From Acidimicrobiia bacterium (GTDB lineage: Bacteria > Actinomycetota > Acidimicrobiia > Spongiisociales > Spongiisociaceae), in NCBI GenBank assembly GCA_041576165.1, contig JBFGLM010000081.1:1-15205 (forward strand): DNA of 15,205 nt. Direction: 5' to 3'. Of the stretch, positions 1 through 7,893 are shown one piece after another. Position 1 is the stretch's first letter. Every line of letters begins with the position of its first letter. The notes below the pieces were generated by a model. The model ran no database searches, was not told the DNA's origin, and saw nothing but the letters and a program-made list of their open reading frames with translations. Position numbers and translations under genes: made by a program.

Positions 1-956
1 AGGGTGGAGAACTCGAAATCGACCCCGGTCTCGTCGCTGACGTCGGTTGCCGCGGCCCGCAGCCGGTCGAACAGGGCGGGATGATCGACTCCGGGCAGCG
101 TTCTGCTGTCGAGGGGGAGCAAACCGCCGCCGGGGATCACATTGAGCTGGCGGAGCGAGCCGGCGGCCACGTGCGTGGGGGTGAGATAGACGTGACCCAG
201 GTGTTCGTGCTCGCCGTGGGTGGCCTGGAGGTCGGCGTCGATGGCCTCAACCTCGTCGAGGAACCGGCTGGCTGCCAACAGCGGGTTGCGGCCCTCGTGC
301 GACATCGCTCCGTGGGCCATCTCGCCGGCCAGGTCGATCCGCAGGCGCATCGCTCCCTTCTGCACGGCACAGACCTCGCCGCCTTCTGGCTCACACACGA
401 TGGCCGCGTCGACCCCGGCGGCATGTCCGCGGGCGACGAAATCGTGAACACCGATCATCATCTCTTCTTCATCGCAGAGGATGGCGAGAACGATTGAGCC
501 AGGAAACGAGCCGGCCACCTGGACCGCGCGTGCCGCATGCATCATGGCCGCCACGCCGCCCTTCATGTCGGCGGCGCCACGGCCGCGAATACGTCCATCC
601 CGGATGTCGCCGCAGAAGGGATCAAACGTCCACTGGCTGCGATCGCCCTCCGTGACGACGTCGGTGTGACCCTCGAAGAGCAATGTGCGCCCCGGCCGGC
701 CGCCGTCGATTCGGATGATCGCGTTGGGGCGGCTCGGCGCCACTTCCTCCACCAGCACATCCCAGCCGAATGCTTCGGCGTGGTCGACCACAACATCGAC
801 GGCCGCTGCCTCGCTGAGACCTTCCTCCGGACGGTTGACGCTCGGGATCCGCACCAGGCGCTGCGTGAGTTCGATGAGGCCCTCCCGATCGAGCAAGTCC
901 CGCGGTGAACGGTTGGTGGGCCGCTCCGGAGTCAGGCGTCGGTCGGCGGCACTCAT
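1..956 (-). CDS. M20 family metallo-amidohydrolase (ArgE/DapE-like), truncated at the left window edge
   Basis: Absent from the ORF track because it has no stop in the window. Translated by hand from ATG at 956 (in-frame TGA upstream at 972-974): MSAADRRLTP...LIELTQRLVRIPSVN...LLFEGHTDVV...WTFDPF.G.IRDGRIRGRGAADMKGG...LCDEEEMMIG...IVCEPE...GEMAHGAM...GRNP...LNVIP. The GHTD, RGAADMK, DEE and EP metal-binding/catalytic motifs are those of M20 enzymes. Confidence 0.9.
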   Translation of the reverse strand, partial: MSAADRRLTPERPTNRSPRDLLDREGLIELTQRLVRIPSVNRPEEGLSEAAAVDVVVDHAEAFGWDVLVEEVAPSRPNAIIRIDGGRPGRTLLFEGHTDVVTEGDRSQWTFDPFCGDIRDGRIRGRGAADMKGGVAAMMHAARAVQVAGSFPGSIVLAILCDEEEMMIGVHDFVARGHAAGVDAAIVCEPEGGEVCAVQKGAMRLRIDLAGEMAHGAMSHEGRNPLLAASRFLDEVEAIDADLQATHGEHEHLGHVYLTPTHVAAGSLRQLNVIPGGGLLPLDSRTLPGVDHPALFDRLRAAATDVSDETGVDFEFST

Positions 957-966
957 GTCGTCCGAG

Positions 967-1037
967 CGGCATCACCGGCCCGGTGCCGCCTGTTAGCGGG
1001 CCGTGATGCCGGGCGGCCGATCAACGTGGTCCGCCCG
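967..1037. terminator. Two adjacent GC-rich stem-loops between the SBP stop and the M20 start (terminator or mRNA-stabilising element)
   Basis: CGGCATCACCGGCCCG (967-982) pairs with CGGGCCGTGATGCCG (997-1011), 15 bp with one bulged C. CGGGCGG (1010-1016) pairs with CCGCCCG (1031-1037). No U-tract follows. Confidence 0.5.
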
Positions 1038-1038
1038 A

Positions 1039-2637
1039 TCAAGGATTGAACGCCATCTCGGTCACGTCGAGTGAGCCTGGCAGGTCGATCTTGAAACCGG
1101 TGACACCCTGCTTCACGACCGCCAGTGCAGGCAGCACGAACAGCCAGTTGTCGGCCGCTACTTCTGTTATTTCGTCCAGCACTTGACCGTAGATCTCATT
1201 ACGTGTGGTCTCGTCGGGCTCGGAATCGGCTTGCGCGATCAGGTCCGCTACCTGAGGACTGTCGTTTCCCCAGTAGTACTCCGGGTTCCCGTACTGGCCC
1301 AAGTCGTTCGGCTCCACGTGGGCCACGATCGACATGTCGAAGTCGAAGTTGCTGAACACATCTTCGAGCCAGACACCCCATTCGACGCTGGTTATCTCGA
1401 CGTCGATCCCCACCTCATCGAGCTGGCTGGCGATGATCTCACCGCTGCGTTCCGCGTAGGAGGTGGGTGGGAGCACCATGCGCAGCGTCAGCCCTTCCAC
1501 GCCCGCCTCGGCCAGCAGCTCCTGCGCCTGCTGAGGATCGTAGGGATAGACACCGGTCAGGTCCTTGAACCAGGGATCGAGCGGCGTCGAGAAGGTCCCG
1601 ATCACCTCGCCATAGCCGGCGTAGGCCAGGTCCACCACAGCTTGGCGATCGATGGCATGGCTGATGGCCTGGCGTACCCGAACGTCATCCAACGGCTCAT
1701 TGCGACCGTTGAGTGACAGCACGATCTCGCCGTAGGTGAGACCGGTCTTCACCTCGAAGCGGTCATCGCCCTCGAACACCTCCAACAGCTCGGGGGCGGA
1801 TACGCCGGCGATCATGTCGATCCCATCCGGAGCCAGCAGCGCGTTGTTCAGTGCGTTCGGATCAGGGATGTACCGGAAGGTCACCTTGTCCAGCAGGGCC
1901 TGGTCGGCCCAGTAGTCGGGGTTCTTGGTCAGGACTATCGAGTCGCCCACCGTCCAAGAATCGAATAGGAACGGACCGGTGCCCACCGCGCTGTTCTCGA
2001 TCGTGTCGATGGCGGTCTCATTCAGAATCGAGCCTTGGCCCTGGGTCATGAAGAACAGGAGGTTGGCGCTGATCTGGCTCAGGTTCACCTGCACGGTCAG
2101 ATCGTCGACGGCCTCAACTGATTCGATCGGGGCAAAGGTCGTCGTGAACGGGTGGGTTTCGTTGTCTTTGACGTTGTTTATGGAGAACACCACGTCCTCC
2201 GCAGACAACGGGTCGCCGTTGTGGAACGTGACGCCCTCGCGCAGCGTGAACGTGTAGGTGAGGCCGTCATCGCTGATCTCGTAGGACTCGGCCAGCAGCG
2301 GCGAGATCGAACCGTCCTCCTCCAGCCGGACCAGTGTCTCGTAGACGTTGTACAGCAAGACCTGCGGGATGGCAGCGGCGGGACTCGCAGTCAGGTCGAG
2401 TGTCGGGGGCTCGAGCTGGAGCCCGATGACGATCTCGTTCTGCCGGGACTCCTCGGCCGCGGTAGTGGTGGTGGCCTCAGCCGTGGTAGTGGCGGCGGCG
2501 GTTGTGGTGGTCGCTTCGGTGTCTTCGGCCGCGGCTGCGGCAGTGGTGGTCGTGGGGTCCTCAGCGGTTGTGCCGGCACAGGCCGCCAGGACCATCGCCA
2601 GAACAACGATCAGGCTGATCGTGGTGCGAAACTTCAT
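1039..2637 (-). CDS. ABC transporter substrate-binding lipoprotein, family 5 (DppA/OppA/NikA-like)
   Basis: 532 aa. Signal peptide with lipobox LAAC (Cys20), Thr/Ala-rich linker, family 5 signature LAESYEISDDGLTYTFTLREGVTFHNGDPLSAEDVVFS, GTGPF, VRQAISHAIDR. GAGGAGG RBS upstream. Confidence 0.95.
   Translation of the reverse strand: MKFRTTISLIVVLAMVLAACAGTTAEDPTTTTAAAAAEDTEATTTTAAATTTAEATTTTAAEESRQNEIVIGLQLEPPTLDLTASPAAAIPQVLLYNVYETLVRLEEDGSISPLLAESYEISDDGLTYTFTLREGVTFHNGDPLSAEDVVFSINNVKDNETHPFTTTFAPIESVEAVDDLTVQVNLSQISANLLFFMTQGQGSILNETAIDTIENSAVGTGPFLFDSWTVGDSIVLTKNPDYWADQALLDKVTFRYIPDPNALNNALLAPDGIDMIAGVSAPELLEVFEGDDRFEVKTGLTYGEIVLSLNGRNEPLDDVRVRQAISHAIDRQAVVDLAYAGYGEVIGTFSTPLDPWFKDLTGVYPYDPQQAQELLAEAGVEGLTLRMVLPPTSYAERSGEIIASQLDEVGIDVEITSVEWGVWLEDVFSNFDFDMSIVAHVEPNDLGQYGNPEYYWGNDSPQVADLIAQADSEPDETTRNEIYGQVLDEITEVAADNWLFVLPALAVVKQGVTGFKIDLPGSLDVTEMAFNP
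2449..2577 (-). repeat. Low-complexity coding repeat (four T3-4/A runs) in the SBP N-terminal tether
   Basis: AGTTAEDPTTTTAAAAAEDTEATTTTAAATTTAEATTTTAAEE: 18 Thr in 43 residues, degenerate ACC/GCC triplet repeats. Confidence 0.85.
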
Positions 2638-2704
2638 CGAGCCTCCTCGCCCTGAAGGCCGTCAGGCTAGTGCCCGGCAAAGGATGCCCCGCGGGCCAAA
2701 GCCG

Positions 2705-4321
2705 TCACGCGGAAATGGCATCCAGCCGGGGGACGGCCGCCACCAGTCTTTTCGTATACGGATGGGACGGCCGCCGGAACACGTCATCAACCGGGCCGGT
2801 CTCTACCACCCGGCCGGAATCGAGCACGACGACCCGCTCACAGATCTCATGTACGACAGACAGGTCGTGGGAGATGAAGACCATGGTGAGGTCGAAATCG
2901 CGTTTCAGCTGGGCGAGCAGGTCGAGCGTGACCGTCTGGACGGACATGTCCAGCGCACTGACCGGCTCGTCCGCCACGAGCAGCTTCGGGTCGGGGGCCA
3001 GCGCGCGGGCGATCGCGATTCGCTGCCGTTGGCCACCGGAGAATTCGTGCGGATAACGTCCGGCGGCATCTGCCGGCATCGCCACGGCGTCGAGCAGCTC
3101 GGCGACCCGCCGGCGGCGGTCGCCCGCGACCCCGAGGGACCGCAATGGTTCGGCGATGATGTCGCCTACCAGCATGCGCGGATCGAGCGAACCCATCGGA
3201 TCCTGGAACACCATCTGCGCCACGTACGGGAGCGCGCGGGCCTCGCGGGCGGCAGTCACGTCAATCCCGGCTACCTGAATCAGCCCGGACGTCGGTCGGT
3301 CGAGGCCGACGATCATGCGGGCGAGGGTCGACTTCCCTGAACCGGACTCGCCGACGATCCCGAAGGTCTCGCCTTCGTACACCTGTACCGAAACCCCGTC
3401 CACCGCTTGTATCGCCGGAGCCGGGTCGGTCAGTGAGCGCCGGTGTAGTCGGAACGTCCGCACCACGTCGGTGGCGGTGACTATTGGAGTGCCGGCAGGC
3501 CTGGGCGATGTAGGCCGGGGCGGTATTTCGACGGCTCTGCTCATCGGCGGCACCGCTCCGACCAGCTCGCGGGTGTACGGATGTTCCGGTCGGCTGAATA
3601 CACGGGCCGTCGGCCCCCGCTCGACGATCACACCGTCCCGCAAGACGAGCACGTCCTCGGTGACGCCCGCCACCACCGGCAGGTCGTGGGTGATGAGCAA
3701 CAGGGCTGCGTCGTTCGCAGCCACCTGATCTCGTAGGACCTCGAGCACCTTCGCCTGGATGGTGACGTCCAGCGCCGTGGTTGGCTCATCGGCGATGACC
3801 AGGTCGGGACCGCAGGCCAGCGCCATCGCGATCATGGCCCGCTGGCGCTGCCCACCGGACAACTCATGCGGATATGCGCGGGCTCGCCTGTCGGCCTGGT
3901 CGATGCCGACCCGATCCAGCAGCTCGATGGCGATGTTGATCGCCTCTTTTCGCGACAGACCCCGGTGCACGCGGAGTGGTTCGGCCACCTGGCGTCCGAT
4001 CCGCATCACCGGATTGAGCGCGGCCATTGGCTCCTGGAAGATCATCGACATCGAGTTCCCCCGATGCTCGATGAGGCGGCGCTCGGGCGCGTGGAGCAGC
4101 ATTTCGCCACGTAGCCACACCTGGCCCGTGGTGCGCAGCTCCTCGGGTAACAGACCCATCACGGCCAGCGCCGTGATTGTCTTGCCTGATCCCGACTCGC
4201 CGATCAGACCGGTGCGGCTCCCGGCCTGGAGCGTGAATGAGGCTCCGTTGACCAGGTGACTCGACCCTGCCGTGACCGTCAGGTCCTGGACTTCGAGCAG
4301 GGGAGCAGGCCCGGCTGTCAT
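2705..4321 (-). CDS. ABC transporter ATP-binding protein with two fused NBDs (DppD-DppF/GsiA-like)
   Basis: Start taken at ATG 4321 (MTAGPAPLLEV), overlapping the permease stop as ATGA; 538 aa. Two Walker A motifs (GESGSGKT, GESGSGKS), signatures LSGGQRQR and FSGGQRQR, Walker B DEPT and DEPV, two HPYT motifs. Confidence 0.95.
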   Translation of the reverse strand: MTAGPAPLLEVQDLTVTAGSSHLVNGASFTLQAGSRTGLIGESGSGKTITALAVMGLLPEELRTTGQVWLRGEMLLHAPERRLIEHRGNSMSMIFQEPMAALNPVMRIGRQVAEPLRVHRGLSRKEAINIAIELLDRVGIDQADRRARAYPHELSGGQRQRAMIAMALACGPDLVIADEPTTALDVTIQAKVLEVLRDQVAANDAALLLITHDLPVVAGVTEDVLVLRDGVIVERGPTARVFSRPEHPYTRELVGAVPPMSRAVEIPPRPTSPRPAGTPIVTATDVVRTFRLHRRSLTDPAPAIQAVDGVSVQVYEGETFGIVGESGSGKSTLARMIVGLDRPTSGLIQVAGIDVTAAREARALPYVAQMVFQDPMGSLDPRMLVGDIIAEPLRSLGVAGDRRRRVAELLDAVAMPADAAGRYPHEFSGGQRQRIAIARALAPDPKLLVADEPVSALDMSVQTVTLDLLAQLKRDFDLTMVFISHDLSVVHEICERVVVLDSGRVVETGPVDDVFRRPSHPYTKRLVAAVPRLDAISA

Positions 4322-5169
4322 GTCCGGCTCGCTTCCAACCGTGGGTCGAGCGCGTCCCGGAGCCCGTCGCCCAACAGGTTGAATCCCAACACCGTCAGGG
4401 CGATCGCCAGCCCGGGCCAGATCGCCAGGCGGGGCGAGATCTGGATGAAGGTCTGGGCGTCGCGCAGGCTCCTTCCCCACGACGGAGTGGGCGGCTGGGT
4501 GCCGATTCCCAGGAACGAGAGCGCAGCTTCGGCCAGGATTGCGAGCGCGAAGAGGACGGTCATCTGGACGATGAGGACGGAGGCGATGTTCGGTAGCACG
4601 TGCCGGAGGAAGATGTACACCTTGCCTCTCCCGTAGCTCCGGGCGGCCGCTACAAAGTCGAGCTGGAACACCGACAGGGCGGCACCGCGAGTGACCCGGG
4701 CGACGATGGGGACGTAGGCGATGCCGATTGCCACCATGGCAGAACCGGTCCCCGGGCTGACGGCTGCGACCAGCAGGATTGCCAGCAAAACCGGCGGGAA
4801 GGCGAAGATCACATCGGATAGCCGCATGACAGCGTCCTCGACCAGCCCTCGGCGGGCGGCTGCCAGGCCGCCGAGCGGGATTCCGATCACTATGGCGATG
4901 CCGACCGCCAGGATGCCGACAAAGAGGGCGGTTCGCGATCCCACCATGATCTGGCTGAACAAGTCGCGTCCGAACTGATCGGTGCCGAGCAGGTGACCGC
5001 CCTCTCCGACTCCCAGAAATTGCTCGCCGGCCGAGATCCGTTCCGGGTCGAAGGGTGTCCACAAGAACGACACCAGGGCGGTCAGCACCACTACCAGGAC
5101 GATCGTCGCGCCGATTCCCAGATTCAGCCGCGCCCAGCGGCGCCTGCGGCGGAAGGTGGTGACGGTCAT
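4318..5169 (-). CDS. ABC transporter permease (DppC/OppC-like)
   Basis: 283 aa. HLLGTDQFGRDLFS, EAA-loop region DFVAAARSYG, RHVLPN, AEAALSFLGIG, FNLLGDGLRDALDPR. ATGA coupling at both ends. Confidence 0.95.
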   Translation of the reverse strand: MTVTTFRRRRRWARLNLGIGATIVLVVVLTALVSFLWTPFDPERISAGEQFLGVGEGGHLLGTDQFGRDLFSQIMVGSRTALFVGILAVGIAIVIGIPLGGLAAARRGLVEDAVMRLSDVIFAFPPVLLAILLVAAVSPGTGSAMVAIGIAYVPIVARVTRGAALSVFQLDFVAAARSYGRGKVYIFLRHVLPNIASVLIVQMTVLFALAILAEAALSFLGIGTQPPTPSWGRSLRDAQTFIQISPRLAIWPGLAIALTVLGFNLLGDGLRDALDPRLEASRT

Positions 5170-6104
5170 TGGCTGCGGACCCTGGGGTCGATGAGGCGGT
5201 ACGTCAGGTCGACCAGCAGGTTCACCGTCAAGATCAGGACCGCGATCGTGAACGCCCCACCCTGTACCAGCAGGAGGTCACGGCGGGTGATGGCTTGGAG
5301 GAGCATGCTGCCCAGCCCAGGCAGCACGAACACCGACTCGATGACGACGGTTCCCGCCAGCAGCGCCGCGAACTGCAAGCCGAGGATCGTCAGCACGGGA
5401 ATAGCGGCGTTGCGCAGGCCGTGGCGCCACAACGCCGACCCCCGGGTCAGGCCTTTCGAGCGGGCTGTGCGGATGTAATCCTGGCGCAGCGTTTCGAGCA
5501 CAGCCGACCGCACGTAGCGAGTGATGATCGCGCCCTGCACGATCGAGAGCGAGACCGCGGGCAATACCAGCGACCGCAGCGATTCCGACACCGACACATC
5601 CCAGCCGGGAAAGCCGTTGGCCGGAAACAGCTGGTACCCGACGGCGAAGATCGAGACCAGCACGAGCCCGGCCCAGAAGGCGGGGACCGCCAGACCCACC
5701 TGACTGATCGTCGAGACAACGGTGTCCGCTGCCTTGCGGTGGCGGGCGGCCGCAAAGACACCCAGCGGGAACGCGATCAGGATCGTCAGGGTCATGGCCA
5801 TGATCGCCAGCGGGACCGTGATCTCGAGGCGGTCGAGGATTTGCGGCGCAATTTCCTGGCCCGTGAACACCGAGGTCCCGAAGTCGCCGGTGAGGGCCCC
5901 GGCCAACCAGTCGGTGTACTGCGCCACCAGCGGCCGGTCCAAGCCCAGCTCTGTCCGCAACACCGCCACCGACTCGGGCGTGGCCTGAGTGCCAAGCATC
6001 ACGACGGCCGGGTCGCCCGGGAGGATGGCCATGACGACGAACACCAGGACCGACGCGACGAAGACGCTCAGCACGAACACGCCGATACGCCGGATCACGT
6101 ACAT
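5166..6104 (-). CDS. ABC transporter permease (DppB/OppB-like)
   Basis: Start taken at ATG 6104 (MYVIRRIG) with a GAGGAG RBS; 312 aa. LPGDPA, LGLDRPL..QY..W, GDFGTS, QDYIRTARSKGL, HGLRNA, IESVFVLPGLG, IDPRVR. Confidence 0.95.
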   Translation of the reverse strand: MYVIRRIGVFVLSVFVASVLVFVVMAILPGDPAVVMLGTQATPESVAVLRTELGLDRPLVAQYTDWLAGALTGDFGTSVFTGQEIAPQILDRLEITVPLAIMAMTLTILIAFPLGVFAAARHRKAADTVVSTISQVGLAVPAFWAGLVLVSIFAVGYQLFPANGFPGWDVSVSESLRSLVLPAVSLSIVQGAIITRYVRSAVLETLRQDYIRTARSKGLTRGSALWRHGLRNAAIPVLTILGLQFAALLAGTVVIESVFVLPGLGSMLLQAITRRDLLLVQGGAFTIAVLILTVNLLVDLTYRLIDPRVRSQ

Positions 6105-6200
6105 CCATGGCTCCTCTGTCCCCGCGCAGGTTAGAAGCTGTCCATCGCTGACTCGGCGGCAGAACCCGACTCGGGTGGCGGCGCTATAGGCTCGCTGCTT
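6105..6200. promoter_or_regulatory. Divergent promoter region with candidate -10 boxes and a palindromic operator
   Basis: Minus-strand TAACCT (6128-6133) upstream of the permease RBS. Plus-strand TAGGCT (6187-6192) 8 nt before the SDR ATG. Palindrome ACCCGA-C-TCGGGT at 6164-6176. Confidence 0.5.
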
Positions 6201-6992
6201 ATGACGGACCTCAACGCGTACCGGGCCCTGTTCGACCTGACCGGCAAGAAGGCCGTGGTGATCGGCGCCGCCAGCGGCATCGGATATGCGGGAGCCCTCG
6301 GGCTCGCCGCCCACGGGGCCGATGTGGTATGTGCCGACCTGGCTGCCGAGGGGGCGGAAGCGGCTGCCCTCGACATCGTTGCCGCCGGCGGAGAGGCGAC
6401 GGCCCAGACAGTCGACATAGGCGACCGGGCCTCCGTCGAGGCGCTCTTCGGGACCCATCCCGACGCCGAGGTGGTGGTGACGACCCCGGCGATCAATGTT
6501 CGCAAGCGTCTCCTGGACATCAGCGGTGACGAGTTCGAGCGGGTGGTCGCGCTCAACTTGAAAGGCACCTTCTTCGCGATCCGGGCGGCCGCGGCGGCGA
6601 TGGTGGAGCGGGAGCGCGGATCAATCATCGCCGTTTCGTCGATCAGGGCACAGGTCGTGGAACCCGGCCAGGGGGTATACGCGGCGACCAAGGCCGGCGT
6701 CGTGCAGATGATCAAGACCGTTGCCGCGGAGTTGGGCCCGATGGGAGTCAGAGCCAATGCCCTGGCGCCCGGAGTGGTCGAGACGCCGCTGACCACCCAG
6801 ATTCAGAGCCAGCGCGACTGGTACGACGCGTATGCCGCAAAAAGTGCACTCGGCCGCTGGGCCCAGCCGGTCGAGATGGCCGGACCGCTGATCTTCCTCG
6901 CATCCGATGCGTCTTCGTACGTGACCGGCTCGTTGTTGGTGGCCGACGGCGGGTGGCTGTCTGTAGATGGCCGGTTCAGCCCGCCGCTGTGA
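6201..6992 (+). CDS. SDR family NAD(P)-dependent oxidoreductase (probably NAD-preferring)
   Basis: 263 aa. GAASGIG nucleotide-binding motif, Asp after beta-2 (CADL), catalytic Ser (VSS) and YAATK, RANALAPG, YVTGSLLVADGG. Confidence 0.95.
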   Translation: MTDLNAYRALFDLTGKKAVVIGAASGIGYAGALGLAAHGADVVCADLAAEGAEAAALDIVAAGGEATAQTVDIGDRASVEALFGTHPDAEVVVTTPAINVRKRLLDISGDEFERVVALNLKGTFFAIRAAAAAMVERERGSIIAVSSIRAQVVEPGQGVYAATKAGVVQMIKTVAAELGPMGVRANALAPGVVETPLTTQIQSQRDWYDAYAAKSALGRWAQPVEMAGPLIFLASDASSYVTGSLLVADGGWLSVDGRFSPPL

Positions 6993-7003
6993 AGGAGGAC
7001 GAC

Positions 7004-7876
7004 GTGAACGGCACGGTCACCGAAGTGCCCGGCGTGCGGGTGGGCCACTGGACCGACCTCGCCGCCATGACCGGGTGCACCGTCATCGACTTTCCCGAGC
7101 CGAACGTCGCTGCGGTCGAGACTCGCGGTGCGGCGCCCGGATCCCGTGAGACCGCCTTGCTGGCGCCCGGTATGACGGTCCAGGGTGTGCAATGCATCCT
7201 CCTCACCGGCGGCAGCGTGTTCGGCCTGGCCGCGGCGGATGGGGTGGTCGAGGCACTCGCCGGCGAAGGTCGGGGCCACCCTACGGCGGCCGGACCCGTC
7301 CCGATCGTGCCGGCTGCGGTGCTGTTCGACCTCTTGACGGGTGACGGCCAGGTCCGCCCGGGGTCGCAGGAAGGCACCGCTGCGTACCACGCGGCCACGG
7401 CCCGTCCGGTCGCCATGGGCTTGGTCGGCGCCGGTACCGGCGCCACCGTGTCGAAGTGGCGCGGCGAGTTCAATCCCGGCGGCCTCGGGTCGGCCGCAGT
7501 TGCTGTGGAGGGAGCGACAGTCGGCGCGCTGGTTGCGGTCAATGCGTTGGGCGACGCCTTCAGCCTCGAAGGTGAGGCTCTCACCGGCGGACCCGCCATC
7601 CCCGGCCCGCTGGCACTACCGGGCCTGGTTGAGAACACCACTCTGGCGGTCGTGGCCACCGACGCCGCATTGTCACGCGACCATCTCACCCGGTTGGCGG
7701 TGCGCGGCCAGGATGCCTACGCAGCTTGCCTACGGCCGGCGCACACCCGCTACGACGGCGATACCTGCTTTGCCGTGTCGTGTGGTCAGGTCGAAGCATC
7801 GATCGACGACGTTGCCGAGGCAGCATTCGTGGCGGTCGGGCGGGCCATCGAGGCGGCGGTGCGAAACGCCCGGTAG
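7004..7876 (+). CDS. P1/S58 family peptidase (DmpA/NylC-like self-processing Ntn-hydrolase)
   Basis: GTG start at 7004 after AAGGAGG; 290 aa. TEVPGVRVGH, TGCTVI, RGAAPGSRET, LTGGSVFGL, VPIVPAAVLFDL, GAGTGA, ENTTL, HTRYDGDT.F. Confidence 0.92.
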   Translation: MNGTVTEVPGVRVGHWTDLAAMTGCTVIDFPEPNVAAVETRGAAPGSRETALLAPGMTVQGVQCILLTGGSVFGLAAADGVVEALAGEGRGHPTAAGPVPIVPAAVLFDLLTGDGQVRPGSQEGTAAYHAATARPVAMGLVGAGTGATVSKWRGEFNPGGLGSAAVAVEGATVGALVAVNALGDAFSLEGEALTGGPAIPGPLALPGLVENTTLAVVATDAALSRDHLTRLAVRGQDAYAACLRPAHTRYDGDTCFAVSCGQVEASIDDVAEAAFVAVGRAIEAAVRNAR

Positions 7877-7893
7877 ACCCCGATCGCGGACGC

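Noticed and set aside
2348-3340. Long antisense ORFs (also 5169..6134, 9035..10447, 10603..11775 and others)
   Set aside because: Stop-poor shadow frames of well-supported genes, expected in high-GC DNA, with no recognisable motifs.
4322-5062. N-terminal 247 aa of the 785-aa ORF 2705..5062
   Set aside because: Off-frame overlap with the DppC permease. ATPase homology begins at ATG 4321, which has ATGA coupling.
6105-6458. N-terminal extension of ORF 5166..6458
   Set aside because: Antisense to the SDR. The real start is ATG 6104 with an RBS.
7873-7882. GTAGACCCCG repeated at the S58 stop and the rho stop (13721-13730)
   Set aside because: Only 10 bp, with no further similarity or mobile-element context. 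Compatible with chance.
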